From positions 596 to 64,595 of the forward strand of contig JACPHY010000002.1 in the NCBI GenBank assembly GCA_016188355.1: a DNA stretch of 64,000 nucleotides, read 5' to 3'. The DNA is from Candidatus Uhrbacteria bacterium. GTDB taxonomy: Bacteria; Patescibacteriota; Patescibacteriia; JACPHY01. The notes beneath the pieces were generated by a model. It made no database searches. It saw only the letters and a list, made by a program, of their open reading frames with translations, and was not told the origin of the DNA. The first letter of the stretch is position 1, and each line of letters opens with the position of its first letter. Below, in pieces: positions 8,656 to 20,000 of this stretch. The position numbers and the translations under genes were made by a program.

Positions 8656-9090
8656 TCACGACCGCGATACCTGCTTTCGGATAATCTCCTCCTGTACCCC
8701 AAACATTCGTTCCGCATCCGATGGCGTGGCGTGATCGTATCCCAAGAGATGCAGCATGCCGTGCACGAACACCCGCAGGAGCTCCCGCCGAAACGGCTCC
8801 CCCGCTCGCTCGGCCTGCGCACGAACATGGGAGGGACAGATGAGTATTTCGCCAAAATCCTCCGATCCTTCCCTGGACTCTCCCGGAAAGGCAAGCACGT
8901 CCGTAACCCGGTCTTCGCCGTGATACTGCCGGTTCACCGTACGCATGCGCTGCGGTCCCACAAACGCAACCGAGAGCTCGCCGGACGCCCGCGCCTGTTT
9001 CGTGCTGCGGAGCACGTGCATCACGCATGAGCGCAGCGTGGCCCGTGTCATGGACACGGGCACTGCCCGAGCGATCTCGAGGTGAAGCAT
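8656..9090 (-). CDS. ybeY: rRNA maturation endoribonuclease YbeY
   Basis: TDVLAF, GEI.IC, HGMLHLLGYDH. Confidence 0.95.
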   Translation of the reverse strand: MLHLEIARAVPVSMTRATLRSCVMHVLRSTKQARASGELSVAFVGPQRMRTVNRQYHGEDRVTDVLAFPGESREGSEDFGEILICPSHVRAQAERAGEPFRRELLRVFVHGMLHLLGYDHATPSDAERMFGVQEEIIRKQVSRS

Positions 9091-9095
9091 ACTCG

Positions 9096-10268
9096 TCACC
9101 GCGCCGATCCGCGCGTCGACATCCGAAGACTCTGGAGTGCCAATGGGAAGAGATTAGGATACTTGCGACCCGACTGCTCATCTGCCGTCCGCAGATGCAG
9201 GATACGCGTTGCGGTGAGCGCGAAGTAGGTACTCCCCTGCGTTTCGGTGAGCTGATACCCAGATGCACCGCGTCGCGTCGACACCGGAGCCACTGCGCTG
9301 TCCACTGACGCCGACTGCTTCCGGAGCCACGCATCCACGGCCATTCGTGACGCGTTCTCCAGCAACTCGACGCCGATCACAGCAACCCCAGAACCATCGC
9401 GGATCTCCCAAACTCCAGAACGAGTTCCCGAAGCTACGCTCCAACCCTTTGGCACATACACGCTCCAATGATCGGTGGGATGCTCATACTCGTAGACGAG
9501 CCCCGCATCCACAAGCCGTTCCGGAGCAATCCCGGAAGGATTGTAGAGATTCACCAATTCCAACGTATCCGCGTATCCATCCGCATCGGTGTCCCGTCGC
9601 GTAGGATCGGTTCCGAATGCTCGCTCCTCTGCCTCCGACATCCCATCTCCATCCACATCCACATCATCCGATGGCAGCGGTGGTGGCGCATTCACTATCG
9701 GCACCGGCTCCGGCTCGGGAACCGGGATCACCACCGGCACCACCGGCGCAGGCGGAACCACTACCGGAGGAACCGTCGGAGTGTTTACGGGAGCAGGCTT
9801 CGGTTGCGGCGGCGTCGCGCTCGGTGGCTTCGCGGTATTTGCCGCAGGTGGCGGTGGCGGTTTCGGGGCACGGAGCAAAAAATACGAAGTAATCCCCGCA
9901 GCGAGGAGCGCCACCAGTAAAATCCCACCTCCCAGGAGCAATTTCCGACGCCGGTCCTCCCCGTCCGGAGGTATCGCGGCAGGCGTCTCGGGGGTTCCAG
10001 GGGGAGATGCAGCTCCCGTGGGGATCGGTGCGAATGGATCTGCACTAACAGATGGAGGAGCTGGAGGTGGCGACGATTCCGGGGGACGCGGTGTCGACGG
10101 CGACACCGGTGCTGGCATAGGTACCGCGGAGGCAGGGGCAGCAACAGAGGCCGCGGGAAGAGCAGCGGATCGCGTCAACGGGAGAAACCGCTCCGGCATG
10201 ACGTAGTACTTCGCACCACTCCCTGCTGCCGCGGTGCCATTGGTTTCTGAGGTTGATGCGTCCGCCAT
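9096..10268 (-). CDS. Single-pass membrane protein: Pro-rich linkers, DxDxDG Ca-binding repeats, C-terminal globular domain
   Basis: YYVMPERF N-motif, TM LLLGGGILLVALLAAGITSYFLL, Pro-rich stalk, DVDGDG and DTDADG repeats, YNP. Confidence 0.8.
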   Translation of the reverse strand: MADASTSETNGTAAAGSGAKYYVMPERFLPLTRSAALPAASVAAPASAVPMPAPVSPSTPRPPESSPPPAPPSVSADPFAPIPTGAASPPGTPETPAAIPPDGEDRRRKLLLGGGILLVALLAAGITSYFLLRAPKPPPPPAANTAKPPSATPPQPKPAPVNTPTVPPVVVPPAPVVPVVIPVPEPEPVPIVNAPPPLPSDDVDVDGDGMSEAEERAFGTDPTRRDTDADGYADTLELVNLYNPSGIAPERLVDAGLVYEYEHPTDHWSVYVPKGWSVASGTRSGVWEIRDGSGVAVIGVELLENASRMAVDAWLRKQSASVDSAVAPVSTRRGASGYQLTETQGSTYFALTATRILHLRTADEQSGRKYPNLFPLALQSLRMSTRGSAR

Positions 10269-10313
10269 ACAAGAAAAATGAGAAATCCTGCCGCTACTCC
10301 CGTGCGTTAGTTC

Positions 10314-10961
10314 CTACCGTGGCACCTCGAAGAGCAGGCCCTTGCCACGCGGATTGTACCCGTTCTGGACTTCCTTGCCATCCGGAAACGTGTCGCCATC
10401 GGTATCTGACTTGAGTGGGTCCGTTTGATAGACCCGCGCCTCTTCGCGGTCGGAAAGACCGTCATTGTCCGTATCTGGTTTTGCCGCATCGGTGCCCAGT
10501 CGCGTCTCCTCGGCATCGGGAAGGCCGTCACCATCCGTGTCCACGGCAGAAACTGCCGGAGCTTCCGGCGGGGTCATTGCCGGAGCGGTGGGAGGTGCCG
10601 AAGGAGCGGGTGCGGCGGTTTCTGGAGACGGAACATCCACTGCCGCAGGTGCTGACGTAGTCGACTCCGGAGCGACCGGTGCCGGCGCCGCAACGAGATC
10701 GGTACCCGCATCCGGTTCTCGGACAAGCACCATGTACACGACGACCGCAACGATTCCCAAGACGAGCACGCCCCCCGCAAGGATAAGCACCTTTTTCATC
10801 ACGCCGCTCTGCGCGGCGCGCTGGCCCATGGGGGGAACAGATTCCGCAGGAGCCGCTGCATGCACTGCCGGATCCGGAACTCCCGAAAAAATATCCTCCG
10901 GGGCCGGCGGCTGCTGCGGCGCCACGGGTGGTGGAGGCGGTGTTTGCAATGGGTCGTCCAT
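10314..10961 (-). CDS. Single-pass membrane protein with three DTDxDG (thrombospondin type-3-like) Ca-binding repeats
   Basis: PEDIF N-motif, TM VLILAGGVLVLGIVAVVVYMVLV, Ala/Pro linker, DTDGDG/DTDNDG/DTDGDT, EVQNGYNP. Confidence 0.82.
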   Translation of the reverse strand: MDDPLQTPPPPPVAPQQPPAPEDIFSGVPDPAVHAAAPAESVPPMGQRAAQSGVMKKVLILAGGVLVLGIVAVVVYMVLVREPDAGTDLVAAPAPVAPESTTSAPAAVDVPSPETAAPAPSAPPTAPAMTPPEAPAVSAVDTDGDGLPDAEETRLGTDAAKPDTDNDGLSDREEARVYQTDPLKSDTDGDTFPDGKEVQNGYNPRGKGLLFEVPR

Positions 10962-11067
10962 ACACACAATCCGTCAAGGACAAAGGGGCTTCGCGATCAG
11001 GAAGCGAGCATTTGAGTATACCTCAGCAGAGCAACATGGACGAACCGCAATGACCAAAAGAGCGACG

Positions 11068-14000
11068 TCACGGGGACGGCGGATACGGAGGGCCGGAGCA
11101 TTGGAATGTGGCGGGCTGGGAGATACGGACGTGACGGACGACGGATCCCGACGCAGTGAACTGCGGCACAAGAATCAGCTCAAGTGGTCGGCTGCTCCCG
11201 AATCGACCCAGCGTATCGGTCGGCGTACGTGTGGAGCTATATCCCGCGGCTCCTGGCACGTTGACTGGCTTGCGCAGCACAATCTGCTGTCGCTCCATGA
11301 GTTTCGGCCGCACCGCATCCGTGGGTGCGATGCCAACGCGCCCCAGCTCCGCACCTCCTGCACCAAGCTCCCGAAGCACCAGGGTCGCGTCCGGTACTCC
11401 CTCCTCAAGGAGCACATCGAAGGTGAGCGTGTCATAGAGGCGCGCCGCAGGGAGTCGGATCGGGAGTTCCGCACCATTCGCGACGGCAGTGCCACGACTT
11501 GGATCAATGCCGGTCGCACCGAAATCCGCGGTGACACGATCGAAGGCGCCGGGACACTGACTCGTGCACGTCAGACTGCAGAGCGGTCCATTCCACGGAC
11601 TCGTCGCGCGATCTGCGGCAGCGATATCACATGCCTCTGGACCATTCGCACCATCCTGTTTGATGCCATCCCCACAGAATCCCCCACGCTTCGTCGCGAC
11701 CGTGCACGTATTGGTCAAACAGTAGTTACAGGTACGTCCGTATGCGCACCGCGCGTTCGGGACACACTGCGCGTCCTGCGCACCAGAACAGGCTGCACGC
11801 CAGTTCCCGACGCCCACATCACACTGTTCCGCCGCGCATCGGCCATTGCGTCCGCACTCCGTGCTCGAACGACACGGCTGTCCCAGTTTCCCCGCGTCCC
11901 CCGCAACGCAGGTGGAAGCGAGCACCGCCCCATCACCGCACACATTGTGCTTGCACTGACTCGTACACGCATCCGCATCACGGTCACACACTCCCCCCGA
12001 ACCGCATTCCGCATGAGAACGACACACCCGTTGCGGATCATTGATACATCGCCCCCTCCCCCCGTCATCACACTGCTCCCCGAAGTCCGCCCGACCCTCA
12101 CGGCCATCTTCCACAACGCCATTACCACATCGCGCGCTCGCCACCTGACACGCACCCCATCCGGCGTTCGGCGCGCCATTCGTTGCGCTCCCATTTGCAT
12201 CAAGCACCTTGCAGGCATTTGGTGTTTGCGGCGCGCCACACGTACGCACCTGCGTCGCCTCAAAGGCCACACGTTCAATCCGAAGGTTGGCATCGTAATA
12301 ATCCCGTATACACCCCCCCGAACCACAGGTAGGCGATGCCGCAGCACATGACTCCTGCGTAGCAAAACGACGCGTCCGATCATTCTGGCACGCCCATGCG
12401 CTACCCCCGTTATTCCAATCATTATCCCAGGTGAGGGTAATTTGGTGTGGGGTGTCCGTAGTGCCGGACGCTACACCACGAAGCACCAGCTCATTATGCT
12501 GCAGTTGCGAGGACGCAAGCGCCCAGATGGTGCCCACCGCATTTCCATCGAGCGCCACGCGGATGCGATGGTACACCCCACGTCCACCACGGGTACCTGT
12601 GGGATTCAAATCGGACAGCACCTGTTCTGGCCGGAGACTCGCCTCCATAACCTCTCGCGACACCGTGCCCGGATCACCTCCGGATGACTCCACATTTTGC
12701 GTCACGAGCAACAACTTCACATCTCCCGCTCCGCCATTTTGCGACCGAATGGTTCCTCGGAGCGTAATAGTTGATGGCGTGGACCCATCACCATAGGATC
12801 GCCACCCACCGGAGGAATTTGCCCATTGAGATCCGGTCCATCCCACCCATTGGAGGTTCCCATTATTCTCCACCACGCATGACCGCGATTCATCGCCATC
12901 GCATTGCTCCTGATTCGCGGTCTGGATCTCACGATCCCCACAATACCCCCCCGTCGCGCGGCAAGGCCGCGGGGCGTCTGCGGCGGTGCAGGCGTATTGG
13001 GACTGCGCAGAGGAAGCGGATGGTGTGGTTGCCCTATTGGCAGGACCATCACACTGCTCGCCATACGCCGCCTGAATAATTTCGTCACCGCAGCGCATGT
13101 ACGTCGCCGGACCGGACATACGCCAGGTGCAGTTCGGCGAACATTCGTATGCCGTGCCCGAGGTGATGCCTGGTGCGGTACCACCAGCAGCAGGCACCCG
13201 ACCACCACGCGGACCCACGTCGCACTGCTCGCCCGCATCCACAATGGCGTTCCCGCATTGCGATGACCATGCGCTCCAATCAGACCATTGACACGTCACG
13301 GAACACGTCCGATGCCGCGACTGACGTCTGCCATCTTCGGTACGCTCCTCCGTTCCCACCTGCCCACGCTCACACGCTTCTCCGGCCTGCTGAATACCAT
13401 CACCACATCGGCCACTTGCGCCGTATGTTGTTCCGTTCGGAGTCGCACAAATACCCCCATCCACCCGTATGCCGGTTCGAAGGGCAGGGACGATGGACGA
13501 CCCCGCAACCACCTCCAGCTGCGAACCGAGTTCGGTCGTACCGTCCGCTAATCGCCGGTACTGATACACATACGAACCCGCAGGACAAGAGTACGTACCC
13601 GCGCGTTCACTCCAACACGTCTGCGGGTCGAATAGACGATCTTCCTCACACCGCCGCTGGCCTTCCGGCTGTGCTGCGCATGCGGCATCGTTCACGCAAT
13701 CCGGACCCACGCCACCACACCGACGGATCGACGTACATCGTCCGCCGAACTGGTTCAACGGATCCGATGGCAACGTACTCCCGAGCTGCGCGCCCAACTC
13801 CTGTTGCCAGGACGGCCAGCGACTCACGGACATGCCAGGAATAAAGGTGCCCGCGTTGAGATCAGGACCAAGCGCCATGCACTGTTCTCCCGCAGGACAA
13901 TCACCATCCGCCGCACAGGATCGCGGGGTGATGGTACATCGGCGCTGGAATCGCTGCACGACTTCACGCAGCTCCACGAGATCCTCCATGCGCTGAACAT

Positions 14001-17000
14001 CACGCATGAGTTTATCCTTTGGCGCGCGGCAACTCCCCTGCGCCGTGCCCACACGACAATCCAAATCCGATGTACAGGAGATCCCCGCACACGTACCCCC
14101 CGCTGTTCCACAATCCAAATCCCGTGCGCATGCCGCACCGCTCGTCGTGCAGCGGCCAAAAATCGCACCTGCGGCCACTATGCCCTGCGGCACACACATG
14201 CGCACATTCTGATCGCTCAAATTGGTCGCGAATCGGATACCCTCCAGAATCTGCTGCAGCACCTCTTGCGTTTCCGCAACTGCGCCATCATTGAACGAGA
14301 GCACCGCCAAATTCGTGAAGACGCTTCCGGCACGTACATTCGGCACGTGCAGATACGTCGATCGACCCGCGCGCACCCCGCGGGATCCATCCACTGTGAT
14401 GGGCGTATTCGCATCCGTGAATCCCTGCTGCTGGAACCAACGATCCGCGCGCACATGTCCTTCATTTTCGTAAAGACGCAAGCCCAAAGCATCCTGCCCC
14501 GAACGGCAGAACTGACCCGGAGGACACGTTCCCGGTACATCCGGCTCACAGCGATCGCCGGATTCCGAACAGTACGACGCACCACGCGGCAGGAAGAAGA
14601 ACTCCTTCCGAAGCTCATCACGTCCATTACCCGACTGCACACCAGCAATCTGCCGCGCGACCACATTCGGCGCGATCGCGGGGAGATCATCCCGGAGCGC
14701 GAGCAGGCACTTGAGCGGTGCCATGCATTCCGCATCGCTCCCGCAGCTCCGCGCATCTACGGGTTCGATCGTACCCGGAGCGCGGCATACCTTCCGAGTC
14801 CCCGCATCGCGGCAGTAAGCAAAAGAAATGTGCTCGTCGGTGAGCGGAGAAGGATCGGCGCCCACACAGGTGAACCCGTTCATGCAATCCGAATTCGCCG
14901 TGCAGACATTCGCGCGCATACTACCACTCACACATTGACCCATCGCCGGATACGGCTGCCAGGTCGCCGCATTCGTGACCGCCGGCCACGGATTCTCGCA
15001 AAGGAACACCCGGAACGGCGCCCGCGCACTGAATGGTCCGGCTGGCGCATTGATCGTATTCACGGTGATGTCGAGCTGCGCGAGCGCGAGGCCCTGTCCA
15101 TTCTTCACTGCCGCGGCAGGATGGAAGAAACAGGACGCGTGCGGACCATCGTTGCAGCGCCCGGGTGATGTAGGATCGATATCCGCGACATCGGAAGCGG
15201 TGGATTGCCATTGATACCGCCATTCATATGAGCCGGCCACCGGCCCGACCAGCTGCAACTTCCCGGATGGCAATCGACCCATCGGGGACACCGAGAACGG
15301 AAAATCCATTCGCTGTCCGACGCGCTGGAAGAGGTAGGATGCAGGCTGCATCTGAAGCGTCTCGATCGTGCAGTAGCGACCACCCACCATGAACGTCCAT
15401 GCCGCCCCCCCAAATCGCACGCCATCCATGGAACGCAACGCGATCGGCTTGCCCGCAGCATCTTCATCTGCCGCCCCAAAGAACCGCACGCGATGGAGAC
15501 GACTCGGAACGAGTCCTTTCGGCGTCTCAAATATAAGCTCACTCACGACACGATCTTCCTCCTGCACCTCACGGAGAATTGGGGTCGCCTCCACGGGACG
15601 CCAGTTCGCATCGGAATCCAACGTGCACACACGACCACTGGGACAGTGCTCCAGTATCGCGCCTCGGTACGTCGATGCGCTGGTGACCGCATCGACGACG
15701 ATACCCACGGACGCCGGATCCATGCGCTCGGTGAATCGCGCGGTGACCACCGCATTGATACAGATATTCGTCGCACCCGGATCCGGCATCTCTGATCCTG
15801 ATACGATGGCCGGACGCGCACGACAGCACCCGGAACGATCCACACCGTTCACGGCTGGGGTCAGACATTGCGTGTCGCGCGAATATCCGCACTGCAACTG
15901 GATGGCCACTCGCCCATCCGCGCCGCGCACGCCTGCAATCAACTCCGTAGATTGCATCCCCTCCGCATCCGCAACCCCACCACCAACTGCCTGCACGATT
16001 TGCGCAGGATCGGGCGGATCGGCAACATTGCCCCCATCGCACTGCTCACCGCCGAAGGGACGACCACCGGAACCATCAAACGCGATTCCATCTCCACAGA
16101 GTGCCGGATGCGGTGCGCCGGAAACCGGATCGCGCCAGGCGATCGATGCGCCCTCGAAGAGACATCGCGCGGAGCAACCATCTCCGCTCACGGGTTGACG
16201 TTCCACGCATGATGCGCCCCCACAATCCCCATCCGATGCGCACGTTCGACCCGCGCGTGATCCCGGTGCACATACTCCCACCGCACCATTATCGCACTGC
16301 TCACCGCGGTCCAGTTGACCATTTCCGCATGTCCCCGGTGGGGTATCGACGATCGACCGGGTTCCTGTAAAAATACAGTGCTCAAAATCACATCCCTGCG
16401 ACACCCATACGGATCGCGGATCATCATGCCAATCACACTCCTCTCCTCCAGCCACCCGACCGCCGCGCCCATCCGCCACGATCCCATCACCACAACGTGC
16501 GAGCACCCCATTCGGCGCGCGCACAGGGTCGTACTGCGGCCGCGTACCTTCATGAAGGCATTGACTGGAGCATCCGTCGCCGTTTTCAGTATTGCCGTCA
16601 TCGCAATCCTCACCATCCCCCAACGGTTCCGCGGGACGACCTGGCGTCACCGGTGTTCCGCAGCGCGATCCTCCCGCGCGCGCCCCTAAACGCAAGCAAC
16701 TCGCGGGGTCACACCATGCAGGCATGGTGTTGTTTTGGAGATCACATTCTTCACCCGCATCAATATCTCCATCTCCACACGTGCCCCCCCGAGCAACGGG
16801 TCGCGCGCCACGCAGCAAACAATTCTCCGGATTACAGGAACTCGGAAATCCGGTCGCCTCCGCCTCGCACTCCTCCCCCAATTCTCGCAGACCATTGCCA
16901 CAAATACCGGTGATCCGCACGGACCCGGTGGGAAGGCACTGCAACGTACACGCAGACGATGCGGCAATCGTCGTTCTCGTGAGCGTTGTTTCCGTTGGTG

Positions 17001-20000
17001 CGCCCGGTGCCGCAAAGGTGCCCGCAGTAGTCACCGTCGTGAACCCGGCAACCGCGATATCACGGATGCTCCATCCCCACGGCAAAGAATCGGCGCGAAG
17101 CGGCTGTCCCTCTGGTGCACATCGATCGGGCGCGCTCGTGGGCACCGCCGTCACCCAGGCGCGTTCCCCGACCACCGAAAAGGTGAGCGCTGCCGGTATT
17201 GTCTCCACCTTCTGCACCTCACAGCGCCCTCCGCGCGTTCGGAAAATCCAGGAGCGCGCATCCAAAGACCCATCACCATCGGAATCAAAATTCAATCCCT
17301 CCAACGGAACGCCCCAGGCACTCGTCACCTCGCTCGTCAGCAGTACGCGATAGGGAGTATTTTCCCCAAGCTCAGGAGGAGAAATGCGCAAATGCGGCTC
17401 TTCGGTCACCCGAGTGCCCGCACAGGGATCGTTCCCGCCGGATTCACGTGCGGGGCATACCTGTACATTTGCCGGTCCCAAGGGAATCTCCGCCGTCAAC
17501 GCATCCCGTCGGCAATTCTCCTGCGCGCACTGATACATGCGCACCTCAAACGCCGCGCTCGCCGCAAGCGGCACGTTCGTCACTGCGGCCACGACGGTAT
17601 TCGTGCAAGCCTCCTGACAGCTCTCCGTGGGAATAACCCGAGTTACCCGAGGTCGCTCGAACCGCACCGCCACATCACTAACACCCGAAACCTCTCGATT
17701 GCCTGCCGCGACGATTGCCTGCACCCGCACCGGCTGCGTCGGGGTCTCCCAATGAGCGCGTGCGGTGATGGTGGTGGGCAGATTTTCACACCGACGGTTC
17801 GTTCCACAGAAATTGGTACGGCAATGCCCCGCTCCGGTATCACAGGTAGCACCCAACGACGCGCACTGAGCATCCTGTACACAAGGAATGACGCCGCACT
17901 CTGATTCCACCGCGCACCAACGACCACTTCCATCCACATCACCCGCTACGTACGATCTCCCTGCCACCGCGGGGGGAGAGGGCGGCTGTACCACCCGCCA
18001 CGCATCTACGCGCTCGAGCGCAAGCGTCGTACAGGTCGTAGGATCATTAACGCCCGCCGCACTAATGTGGACGAGGGATGGCAGGTCCGCCGATTGCGTA
18101 GCAGAGAGCACCTGCTGTGGCGTCGCTCCCGGTTCCACCCGCTGCGTGGCGACTGCCGATTGCGGCGTCATGAGAATCTCCCGCACAGCGCACGGTTCCG
18201 CAGATGCCCGCGTCTGAAATCGGAATCGGTAGTTCCCACCTTCCTGCCCATCTCCATCGCCATCAAGTGCCAACTGCTGCGCTCCCGCGCTCCGCAATGC
18301 GAGTTTCGATGCGGTCGTCGCTCCAATCTGCTCCAGGGTATCGCTGCCATACACCACTACTTCATACGTGGCTCCTGGAGACCATCCACCATTCGGCGGC
18401 GCAACATTCACAATGTTGCCCCGATGATTTGTTCGACCGCCCGCATCACTGACCGTTACTGCACCAGTGGTCGCAAACTCACGAATCACGCACGCATCCC
18501 CCTGACGCACAACTTCAAGATCATCCAAATCCGCGGCATATACTTCGTCCGATCCCTGCTCCGCATCTGGCGCGGGCGCGGTGAGATAGATGCGCACAAA
18601 ACCAGAAGCAACGGCATTCGGGCCGCGATCGAACGTGATCGACGTGGCAAGTTCCTGCCAAGTATTCTCGAGCACGACCTCCCGCGCGGACTGCTGCCAC
18701 CAACCCGCATCCGTCACATTCGGCCCACCTGCGCGACCAATCACGATGCCGACACGCGCATTGGGATTCCGCTGTGCATTCCGACCACGAACCATCACTC
18801 GCGCGGTGTAGGTGGTTCCGCCAGTATCCGTCACGAGCGACGCTGGAGCTTCAATAGCGTACGCAATACGGTCCACCGTCGCATCTCGGGGGAGACCAAC
18901 GGCGACCGGTTGTCGTCGATATGCGACCGAATCGGCGACCGCCGCCGTACGTTTCGTCAATCGCAAAACGCCGGTGCCGCCGTGCGCCGCGGTATCTTCC
19001 GTATTTATGAACGTCGCCTGCACGTGTTGAGGGTCCAGTGCGGTCCAAGCCGTCACATCCGTAGCGCGTTCAAATCCACCCCCAAAATCGGTCGCCACAT
19101 TACGACCGCCCGCACACCGGAACACCTGAATGCCGCGTGCCGCTCCTGCGCTCAAAAACTCCGACGAAGATGTCGGGTCCCCCATGCTCATGCTGAATTG
19201 CACGCGCACATTTGCGTTCGTGCATGCCGAACCCCCCGTTCCCTGCTGATCCCAAGGAGACGGGCTGAATGCACCGCAGGACTCCACTACCCGAGGCACC
19301 CGCGGTACCGCGCCAGTGGCAAAGGTCCATTGGTACGCGCCCACATTCGGCTCGGATTCGCACCGCGTCCCCGACGCCACGCATGTGCCATTGCCGCAGC
19401 AGATTTGTCCGCTGGGACACGCATTCGCCGTGCCACCTGCTCGACAATCACGCACCTCAAATTGCACCGGATTCGAACCGCGGTTCGTGGCCGTAGGCGC
19501 ATCTGGATTCTCCCCAGTCACCCACAACCGGAATGGTCCAGTCTTTGCCAGTATCGGAACGAGAATCCCCTGAATTTTCTGCTCCGTCCATGCGAACTGA
19601 TCTCGATCGGATGCACCTACGATTACTTGATCATGGAACCGCATCGTCCCCGCCGCACTCCCAAACCGTTCACCCACAATCGTCACCGGCGTACGCGCAG
19701 GTCCACGATGCGGCGCAATCGCACAAATACCGGGAGTCGCAGGATCAGTGGTGACGGTGAATGGCACCGCATTCGAAGCAACGTCCGTTCCCCGAGGATG
19801 TACACGAATCTCAAATTGCCCCAACGCGGAAAAATCCGAAGGCGGCGGACTCTGACCAACCGGAGCCCACTCCTCGCGATTCGCAGGGATGCGAATCGTA
19901 ATCTCGTTGGCGCGCCACCAATCTTGACGACACGCATCTGGAAAACGCGGCACGATATCGTACCGCTCCGTGCCTCGCGTGAAGGTAATGCGACCCATCT

